Source of the DNA: Ginkgo biloba
Lineage: Eukaryota > Plantae > Ginkgophyta
Assembly (NCBI GenBank): GCA_024626585.2
Contig: JANKJI020000002.1
Location: 187,345,401 to 187,369,553, forward strand
Reading direction: 5' to 3'
Length of the DNA stretch: 24,153 nt
Under the pieces are notes generated by a model that saw only the letters and a list, made by a program, of their open reading frames with translations, had not been told where the DNA came from and did not search any database. Below, piece after piece: positions 1 through 8,582 of the stretch (positions are counted from its first letter, which is position 1; every line of letters starts with the position of its first letter). The position numbers and the translations under genes were made by a program.

Positions 1-224
1 CTTACATATCATATTTTTTTCTCTTCTATATGTATATACCTGGGATACTAATTAGTACATTAGTAAGATAGTGTGTGAGAGTGGATGACCTATAGACTAA
101 CTTAGTAATTTTGAGGGGTGTTATGGATACTACCATTTATGTTATACAATACTTTCATGAGATAATTACAGTGAGTGATTTATAACTAAGGAGAATCATG
201 TAATGTTTAAGTAGCCCATTTTAC

Positions 225-1130
225 AAAGAATACCAATCAATTAAGGACTATATAAAAGAATTAAAATAAAAATACTCTCCAACTCAAATATATATTAAAT
301 TTCATCATTTGAATCCTATGTCATAAACTTGCACCCAAAAGTAAGTCCATATGTTTAAAAAAGAACAAACCCATTATACTAGAAGAGATAATTGTCTTAG
401 TAAGATACATAATATTACTTAATTAAAATCAAGAGAGAAGTATGCACCCACTTAAAGTAGATACTAGAAATATTTCAAACTACACATATGGAAATTTTAG
501 AATGATTGAAGCACTATGAGTCAAAGCTAATAGGTGACATCTTAAGATAATTAAGATAGGGAAGAAGAAATATGGAAGAACTATACTAAATTCAATGGAT
601 TGTNNNNNNNNNNNNNNNNNNNNNNNNNNNTAACCATAAAATATATGAGAAAATAAGAAAACAACTTCATTCAATAGGGGTTGCAATAAAATAATAAGAA
701 ATGGAATAAGTTGAGGATTAACAAGAAGAAAAAATCAAATAAAGATAATGAATTTGCCTCCAATTCATATTGATTAGGTAAGAAATTCTCTCTCAACAAG
801 GATAATTTTACAAAGGATAAAGTTTCTCAAAATTATTGGCTTCACAAAGGTTAAAGGGATGGTAGTAATTGATTAGAGAAGTATGCCATAAACCTAAGTA
901 AAGAAACTTGGTCTACACATATAATAAATTACATCATTATAAGTGACCATATTTGAACACAACACCTTAATGTACGATAATAAATGACTTTTCTATCACA
1001 TGTTAAGGCCTTGTATTTAAGTAAGGTTACCTAGAATGATGGTGTTTCTTGTATGTGTTGACCAAACTTGTTTTTGCTTATTTTGAGTCTATGAAATTAT
1101 GCATGCTTCTTAGGTGGACTACTATTAATC
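225..1130 (+). mobile_element. Highly degenerate Ty3/Gypsy gag-protease relic
   Basis: Manual translation with frameshifts gives QSIKDYIKEL, ESYVINLHPKVSPYV and NKPIILEEIIVLVR (similar to the gag 'P.TLEEAI.LAR' region), then MVVID*RS, which resembles a decayed aspartic protease D(S/T)G region. Many stops are present; the similarity is judged by eye only. Confidence 0.3.
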
Positions 1131-1476
1131 TTTAAACTTATTTTCACTACTAATTGATGGCATTAGCATTTTTATAGGAATATTATGGTTAAGGACTATG
1201 ATAAACTATGGAACAAAGAATGACAAAAGTATATGAAGTTTAAGTTCAATAGGGTAAAGTACAAACTAAACCCATAGTTCCATCACCAACACTAGAAAAA
1301 TATAGGTAATATACTAAAAAAGGGACATGCAAATTTTATTATATGGCGATACTACATGGAGATACAACACCTTGAANNNNNNNNNNNNNNNNNNNNNNNN
1401 NNNNNNNNNNNNNNNNNNNNNNNNNNNNNNNNNNNNNNNNNNNNNNNNNNNNNNNNNNNNNNNNNNNNNNNNNNNN

Positions 1477-1640
1477 CTCAAATACATTGCCTCCTTCCTC
1501 AAGGTTTTCATTCAGGATATTTGTATGCAATTCAACTTTTAGACTATCCTTCCTCCTTTCAAATAATTCCTCTAACTTTTTCTTCCAATAAAATTTTTTA
1601 TGTACATACACCTCCTCTATACATGAAATTCTAATCAATG
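1477..1640 (-). mobile_element. Possible 3' end of a Gypsy internal region: polypurine tract and LTR start
   Basis: The minus strand reads ...NILNENLEEGGNV, similar to the usual Gypsy pol C-terminus. The DNA is GAGGAAGGAGG (1500-1490), then CAA, then TG (1486-1485), the PPT-LTR junction layout. The putative LTR runs into an N gap. Confidence 0.35.
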
Positions 1641-1933
1641 TTAATTCTTTGTTGTCTCTAATATCATACTTCTTTTATTCTTTTGGTTTAGAGTCATCAG
1701 GTCTTGACTCTGATTGACCAACCACTTACCAAAGATCATTGAAGATTAATGTGCCTTTCATAATCTCTTCCAATTGGAAAAGTTATTTTCTCTCAATTTT
1801 TATATTATGAAATAAAAATTACTCATTTAGACATCTTTGTTTCACAATTTTTAAAATAACTCCTTCTTTCTCCAAATGAAATCCTCATCTCTACGAGAGA
1901 AACCCTTATCTCTTCAAGTGGGTTAAACCCTTA

Positions 1934-2125
1934 ACCAATCAATAAAATAAAAATTGTTCTCCTGATAATATCCCAACAACACCTTATATCTACAAATAAA
2001 TTATCAATCAACAAAATAAAAATGAAAATGGGCCCCTTGATAATATCCCAACAACACCTTATATCACCAGGAAATAATCTATAAAGAAATGAATTTTGCA
2101 GTAACTTGACAACAACTTATATCAC
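1934..2125. repeat. Short tandem duplication, period 75 bp
   Basis: TGATAATATCCCAACAACACCTTATATC is identical at 1963-1990 and 2038-2065, each copy preceded by CAATCAAyAAAATAAAAAT. A partial third copy (ACAACAACTTATATCACC) lies near 2109-2126. Confidence 0.8.
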
Positions 2126-4268
2126 CAAAAATATATTTTTCAACAACTTGTTTTACCATAATGAACTTAGTAATGTCACACATCAACCACAACTCAAATT
2201 ATAAATTTTTAAATGATAAAGAAACACATCCACCAAAAATCAAGGTGTATAGTTGATCCCCTTATTCAATTTTAGGGCATATTAAGGATAGAGGCATACA
2301 AAAATATTTTTATTAAAATTTTGTTAATTTATCACAAGAATGAGAGATAATTTATCTCCTTATATCTTCCAATACAAAACCACCTTATTTCTCCTTTTAC
2401 AAAACTTTTTTTTAATATGGAATTCAATTCCTCCTTATTTATTCTCTCCTTTATAAAATTAAATTAAATTTAAACTCCTTTTAACAACCTTAATATGTAT
2501 TTGGACCAACACACATATTTTTTACAATTTTGTCTATCATTGGGAAAAAAAAAATGGCTTAAAAAGATAACAAATAGTGGCAAAAAAATAATGTAGCTCC
2601 TTTTTGGTCCTTTTAGCCCCTTTTTCCTTTAAGCCCTCAGTCATTCATGTGACTTGCTTATTCTTCCTTTTACAAAAAAAAAATGAAAAACAAACTTAAT
2701 GAGTTTTAAAAACTTGACCTCCTATGTGCAAATTTAATGACTTATTGATTATTATACTATCCTCTTCAAATTATGAAATAACCAAAAAATATTTTGGTTT
2801 CTTCTTGATAGGCACAGATTTAAAAATAAATAAATAATATTTTCACACCTTTCACCCACTTGTGCACCTGTGAATCATGTTAAAATTTTGAGTTTTTTAT
2901 TAAGTCTTTTGGTTTGATGTTTGTAACAATGATTCTTTGTAGCCTTAGAGACCTACCAAACTTCTTCAATGGTAAATTCATATTTTTAATCAATAAAATA
3001 AAATGCCAAACTCCTGAGAAATTGTAACATCCTTCCAATTGTTAAATTGATCCAATATCTCAAAATATGTAATAATTTTTCATGAAATTCCATTCATAGG
3101 GGAGCCTCAAAATGAAAAAATCATTTACAAAAAGAATTTTGAAAATTCTTCTTCTTCTCTAAGAAAACTATAATTTACAGACTTCANNNNNNNNNNNNNN
3201 NNAATTGCATAGAAAACACACTATAAGATCTTTAATTGCCAAAATTTCTTAAGGGGTTTTAATTGTCTTCTCACAGTGATCTCCTACATATAAAATCATG
3301 AAGAATGATGTTACCTTTTCTAAGAAATCATCATGCCCTAAAAATGACCTTTAAAACTTCCACTACAAAAATATTTGTATTTATCTAGATTTTTTTATAA
3401 TTTTTCAAGGACTTTAAGTTTCCTCTACATAAGGAAACAAATCGCTAAAGAAATTATTANNNNNNNNNNNNNNNNNNNNNNNNNNNNNNNNNNNNNNNNN
3501 NNNNNNNNNNNNNNNNNNNNNNNNNNNNNNNNNNNNNNNNNNNNNNNNNNNNNNNNNNNTGTAATGCTTGTAATGCTCATATTGCTCATGTAATACAAAA
3601 CCAAGTTTTACTTGTTTCTTTTGTGTCCCATATTTTCTGTAATAATGGCATTGTAAGATACATTAATTTAAAGGAAATATTTATTCAGAGTTACTTTAAG
3701 TAAAAAGGTAATATTTGTTTGGATTTACTTTGAGGAAAAAGGTAAAAATATAGTTAGTAGATTTTGGTTAATAATGGTAGAATCCTAATAATGTATGACC
3801 TTGAAATCTTTTAGAGTTTAAAAACATAATCTATGTTGGTTTATTGGAAGTGAAGTAATGTAAGGGGGTTGAATAGGATGGTTAACCAACTTTTAGGAAT
3901 TGATATACATTCTACATGGCACCACTATTGACAATAACTACACTTGCACAAGTTTTTTATTGTAGGGTATTAATTTTGTGGCCAAATATAGTTCAACTTT
4001 ATCGTATGTTTGAAAGTAATTTGAGATATTTCTATATGTTTTATTCCATGGTAATAACGGGTGATACTGTAATTCAAAATTCAATGCTTTTACCCCTATG
4101 CACTTACATATTTAGATGTAGAAGGCATATGACTTAAATGATTTTATAAATTTATGATAAAGCCTAGCCATGAAATAGAAAAGAAGAGAGTTTAAATTAT
4201 ATGTACTATCATTTAAATCTGTTTGCTATCTTTTTGAAGCTTGTGTATGTTCTTTTGACCATGTATAG

Positions 4269-4445
4269 AGTTCTCATGCTAGAAAATGTGGAGAATAAGA
4301 ATGAGACATAGCGACTGAGGGATGTGATATACATCATAGTAAAGGATGCCCATGAATTGAAGTGGGAGATGGGAATTCTTAAACAACATGAGTGCATGCA
4401 AGAAGAGTATAGAAAATAAAAAAGTGCATGGAGGAAGTGTTGCAC
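4269..4445 (+). pseudogene. Possible pseudo-exon of a plant CUE-domain/coiled-coil protein C-terminal region
   Basis: After an AG at 4267-4268 the frame reads VLMLENVENKNET*RLRDVIYIIVKDAHELKWEMGILKQHECMQEEYRK, then MEEVLH in a shifted frame. This resembles the recalled motif 'ENxILKRAVAIQHERQKEYE...ELQHL'. The R>W (TGG) and R>C (TGC) differences fit CpG decay. Recognition is from memory only. Confidence 0.3.
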
Positions 4446-4460
4446 ACACACACACACACA
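4443..4460. repeat. (CA)9 microsatellite
   Basis: Read directly from the sequence. Confidence 0.95.
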
Positions 4461-5520
4461 TACAAATATATTATTTGACATGTTACTCTTCCTTCACTAT
4501 TATAGTCTACCTATGTAAAATATTGAGATAATATCTTTATAATATTCATTGTGTTTTGATACCATGTAATGATGGTTTCTTTCCTTGACATAGCTAAAGA
4601 AGTAATATATTAGTGTTTTAATAATATATCATTTATTACAATATGTTATTTCATTTGTATCTAGGGTTCAAACTATAAAACTCATTTTGGAAAAAGAATG
4701 CATGTTAAGACTATATTTGCCTACCATTGTTCCATCTATACATGTTATGAAAATATGCATGGGAGCCCACCTNNNNNNNNNNNNNNNNNNNNNNNNNNNN
4801 NNNNNNNNNNNNNNNNNNNNNNNNNNNNNNNNNNNNNNNNNNNNNNNNNNNNNNNNNNNNNNNNNNNNNNNNNNNNNNNNGGAATGTAAAAATGCCAAAA
4901 TATATTTTTTTATTTTTACTTGCACACATGTATACATATATATATACATATAGATATATGTACATATACAAATTTTGATGTATCATTTTCTTAGAAGATG
5001 ACTAGAGAAGTGCAATACTAATGTTTCTTTGGCATATAAAACATATCTTACAACATCTTTTTCTTATTTGATTATTGTTCACACTTGTTTAACATTGTCA
5101 CCTCTAGAAAACATTATCCCAAATTGGAAAAGGTTGTTTGGTTTCTTTTAATATTTTTTTGAGGATGTTGTTATCACAAAATATGGCTTCTATCCTTTGT
5201 ATTACATCTCAAGTAGGAAGCCAAGAGTGCATTGTGATTTAACATATGCACATATAGAGCTTGTAGTTACTTTTTTTATATTGAGAGCTCACATAATCAA
5301 AGAGCATTTTCACACCTTAGATGTTTATGTGGTAGTTTGAATCAACTATTCTTCTAGTTAAGACAAGATGTTAAAATTATCAATTCGTATGTGTAACTAC
5401 CAATTATATAGGAGAACCATTTAACGCAACGTGCATGCTCCTTGCTTTTCATTTCCTTTGTGTGTGCTCTATACCTTTTATTTAGAGTATGTGATATGCA
5501 CCTTGTAATACGAAACTTAT

Positions 5521-5606
5521 ATGGAAGAAAATAAAAACATCAGTGATTATTTGTCTACAGTAAAATATTTGAGGGATAAACTTGGTGATATTGGTGAGAA
5601 AGTGTC
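5521..5606 (+). mobile_element. Ty1/Copia gag fragment (Retrotran_gag_2/UBN2-like)
   Basis: MEENKNISDYLSTVKYLRDKLGDIGEKV matches the Copia gag pattern MxEgeSvsdYlsrvkxlxdqLaxIGekv. It is cut off by an N gap. Confidence 0.65.
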
Positions 5607-5706
5607 NNNNNNNNNNNNNNNNNNNNNNNNNNNNNNNNNNNNNNNNNNNNNNNNNNNNNNNNNNNNNNNNNNNNNNNNNNNNNNNNNNNNNNNNNNNNNN
5701 NNNNNN

Positions 5707-5790
5707 CGGAGATCGACCAAACCGCTTTCGCACAGCTTAATGCTCATTTAAAACCTCCGACACCGAGCGGGCACGTCAATTAACAAATCT
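5707..5790. promoter_or_regulatory. CpG-rich, promoter-like segment with a TGACGTG (bZIP ACGT-core) motif
   Basis: About 8 CpGs in 75 nt, CACGTCA at 5772-5778, and TTTTAAAT on the minus strand near 5737-5744. Any linked transcript would start in or beyond the gap. Confidence 0.25.
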
Positions 5791-6048
5791 TACATCTCAT
5801 GGTAAAGAATTTAATTTGAGAATGTTTGAAATCAAATTTGCATGAATGGCATCGATTTTATCCTTTAGATCTTCTTTGGAAAATTGCTTCATTGGTTTTG
5901 GATTGATTTATTTGATCTTGGTTTTTTATTTTTATTTTTCCTTTGGCATTGGCCAATTTTTATATTTGTAGCATCTTTCTTTTTTGAAAGTAAAGATTTT
6001 TTGATCTAGTTATTCTCCTTTTTGCATTGCAAATTATAACTAGAGTTA

Positions 6049-6548
6049 GGGCCACTTCCCACTGATAGTTAAATTAAAGTAAATTAAAAGAGAGTAATTT
6101 GTCTCTTCGCACTGATCAGTTCTCTTAACGATTCTAGTAAGGATAAATCAAAATAGAGTTCAATAAATTGTTTGAATTTTATGGTTTCTTAAAGTACCTC
6201 GCGAGGTACTTTAANNNNNNNNNNNNNNNNNNNNNNNNNNNNNNNNNNNNNNNNNNNNNNNNNNNNNNNNNNNNNNNNNNNNNNNNNNNNNNNNNNNNNN
6301 NNNNNNNNNNNNNNNNNNNNNNNNNNNNNNAAAATGAAAATAAAATTTCTAAATTAAATTTAGACAAAAACTTTAAAACGTCTCTAAAGTAGTTCGATAG
6401 GTACTTTCAGACACAACACAATAAAACATAATTTAATAAATCTTAATTTTATTTACTCCTAACAAAACTTTTTAACATAATACTATGCAAAACAAAAAAA
6501 AATACTATTCAAACATAATTTAATTTATCACCCTATGGGAAGCAACCC
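6049..6548. mobile_element. Fold-back non-autonomous DNA transposon (Tourist/PIF-Harbinger-like MITE) with about 165 bp diverged inverted arms
   Basis: Left end TTA|GGGCCACTTCCCACTGATAGTTAAATTAAA versus right end reverse complement GGGTTGCTTCCCATAGGGTGATAAATTAAA, followed by TA and then a gap. The arms stay alignable inward, and AAAGTACCT lies 142 and 141 nt from the two ends. GGG termini with TWA flanks are typical of PIF/Harbinger. Confidence 0.75.
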
Positions 6549-7255
6549 TANNNNNNNNNNNNNNNNNNNNNNNNNNNNNNNNNNNNNNNNNNNNNNNNNN
6601 NNNNNNNNNNNNNNNNNNTGCAAACGCTTCCACTTCAATTATAGAGAATACGAAGTAAACGAATGATATTGTTATTGGGATAAGTCATGACCAGTCAAAA
6701 GAAAGAGAATACAATGTATATTGTGTTAAAAAGTAATATGAAAATAAAAATTATCTATTGGTGCTGTCAACGCTAATAAATCTATATAAAAAAGCGTTGT
6801 AGTCGTTTAATAGCTAGCGCTTATTGTTCGCTATCTATCTTTGCACTGTGTGTTTTCTTTACATTTCGTGAAATATGCGAACCATACCGTAATACTTTAA
6901 ATTAATGCAAGGTAACAAATCTAATTCTACTTCAATCGTACATGGCCATCGTAATTCTTTCAATATTGCAGTGAATTGAAGGGGCTATCTATAGCATGAT
7001 GAAAATCTTCTAATGGATTTAATTGTTAAATATTTAAAAGAACCATGGTATAGCGGTGAACAAAACAGGATCTGGATCTTTAGCTGCACAGCTATACTAG
7101 ACATCCAAAGATTAGTAACTTCCTTTTCATTAATAGTTGCAGGGTTGAAGCTATTAAAAAATTCAAGAATATATTCCAGGTAATTTACCAGCTGAAATTT
7201 TCAAATTCTTGCCATATTAAAACTGTGTTTTTGCTTCCACGACCATTACATTTGA

Positions 7256-7382
7256 TTATCTTTTATTTTGAAGACTAAGATATCCATGCATTGCTTTCGC
7301 TTCTAGTGATGTCAGGTTGGTTCTTCTTGGCATTATTGGAGAGGGAAAGTTACTCCACCAAACAGGTGAAATTTTCAATATC
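7256..7382 (-). CDS. Candidate terminal exon of an unidentified gene
   Basis: T-rich acceptor TTTTATATTTCAAATTTAG|G (AG at 7384-7383). The frame is open to TAA: ILKISPVWWSNFPSPIMPRRTNLTSLEAKAMHGYLSLQNKR*. It is phase-compatible with the candidate exon at 8151-8012. No homolog recognised. Confidence 0.25.
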
Positions 7383-7698
7383 CTAAATTTGAAATATAAA
7401 ATGTGAAGTTTATTATGAAAGTGAAACAATATTTCATTCATAGCGATGGAGTATTAATTTTTAGTCACTGTGAGAAATATATTGGGAGAGTTCTGCTTCT
7501 TGATGAATAAATTCTATTGCAAAGAAAGATAAAAGATAACACTTAAGCACAGATTGAACATTAACTTGCATCCCTTTGATTTGGTCGAAAGCCTACAAAG
7601 TAAGCACAAAGATTTAATTTCCTTGAAACATTCTTTATACTTGCGATCTATCAGCATTTGTTTTCTGAAAAAGCACATATTATTTTTTTGTACTTGAC

Positions 7699-7704
7699 AA
7701 AAAA
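7699..7704 (-). terminator. RNA polymerase III terminator (T6) of tRNA-Ala
   Basis: TTTTTT on the minus strand after a 10 nt trailer (TTTGGCAATG) that follows the discriminator base. Confidence 0.85.
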
Positions 7705-7714
7705 CATTGCCAAA

Positions 7715-7787
7715 TGGAGATGCGGGGTATCGATCCCCGTACCTCTCGCATGCTAAGCGAGCGCTCTACCATCTGAGCTACATCCCC
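7715..7787 (-). tRNA. tRNA-Ala-AGC: Nuclear cytosolic tRNA-Ala, anticodon AGC (IGC), intronless, 73 nt
   Basis: GGGGATGTAGCTCAGATGGTAGAGCGCTCGCTTAGCATGCGAGAGGTACGGGGATCGATACCCCGCATCTCCA forms a full cloverleaf with the G3:U70 alanine identity pair, discriminator A73 and anticodon arm CTCGC-TTAGCAT-GCGAG. It has A box TAGCTCAGATGG and the eukaryotic Ala-type T loop GATCGATAC. It matches the plant cytosolic tRNA-Ala(AGC) as I recall it. Confidence 0.99.
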
Positions 7788-7815
7788 TTGAGTAGTAATG
7801 AAATTATAAATATTA
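7788..7815 (-). promoter_or_regulatory. Plant tRNA upstream elements: CAA at -3..-1 and a TATA-like tract
   Basis: Minus strand TAATATTTATAA (about -28 to -17) ...CTACTCAA|GGGG. CAA plus a TATA-like tract are known features of expressed plant tRNA genes. Confidence 0.65.
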
Positions 7816-8011
7816 CTCCTGTATACTTCTTTACTGCCCAATAACTGCCCGTGAAAAAGCATCATTAACCGCAAACTGTTATCTCCAATCTTGTCAAGCT
7901 TCTGATACATCTCCTGTATCAGCACCGCTCAACGAATAGAGAAGTTATTTATGTAGATTTAAAGGTAAACCGCCTTCCCGTCTATGACTGCCAGAAGATT
8001 ATTAGGATTAC

Positions 8012-8151
8012 CTCCTTCCTTCCCTTATTGGATGTTCAGGCGGCAAAATCCAACCAAACATATCCTCATTGTCTCTCATCCCTGGTATACACAATCTACA
8101 TCCTTCCTCGTAGGGAAAGAATGGATAAGTTTTTAAGCTCTTTTCTCTAGG
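8012..8151 (-). CDS. Candidate internal exon (140 nt) of an unidentified gene
   Basis: Acceptor AAATTTTTGCAG| and donor AG|GTAATC bracket a fully open frame PREKSLKTYPFFPYEEGCRLCIPGMRDNEDMFGWILPPEHPIREGR plus AG. GC content is higher than in the flanks. No homolog recognised. Confidence 0.3.
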
Positions 8152-8582
8152 CTGCAAAAATTTGATGGATTGAAACTGATTACCAAAAGTATGGTATGAA
8201 TTTTAAAGATTAAGGACGCACATGAGAATTTGTGGCTATAAGAGACAAAAAGTAAGGAACAATTATGAATTCCCTTTTCCTTATTATAGATTATATGAAA
8301 AATGAGAGATGAGAAACATAAAAGTAATTTTAGGGGTCTAGTTACAAGAATAAGGAGAAAGTCATGAATGATGACTCTATTTAAATTACAAATAAAATGT
8401 CTTTTGAAGTCACGAGTAGCCCAAATAAAAATCTATTTGCTAACATAAAAGATTGAAAAAATTTACCAAGTGGGTATACTGGNNNNNNNNNNNNNNNNNN
8501 NNNNNNNNNNNNNNNNNNNNNNNNNNNNNNNNNNNNNNNNNNNNNNNNNNNNNNNNNNNNNNNNNNNNNNNNNNNNNNNNNN

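Noticed and set aside
1963-2065. CRISPR-like repeat-spacer pattern
   Set aside because: Only two full copies, related spacers, eukaryotic context and no cas genes.
5760-5845. snRNA-type promoter (USE-like GCCCGCTCGG; octamer ATTTGCAT)
   Set aside because: Poor match to the plant USE RTCCCACATCG, wrong USE-TATA spacing, and the octamer is a metazoan element.
7400-7714. Dicistronic tRNA-snoRNA or tRNA-derived SINE
   Set aside because: A T6 terminator follows 10 nt after the tRNA. I found no C/D box pair on that strand and no SINE body, tail or TSD, and the tRNA is unmutated.
7715-7717. Apparent genome-encoded CCA end on the tRNA
   Set aside because: These bases are C71, C72 and discriminator A73 of the 73 nt body, not an encoded CCA tail, so they do not indicate bacterial or organellar origin.
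7680-7925. 81 aa ORF on the minus strand
   Set aside because: It is a shadow ORF reading through the tRNA gene (GDVAQMVERSLSMREVRGSIPRIS is translated tRNA) and starts at a GTG.
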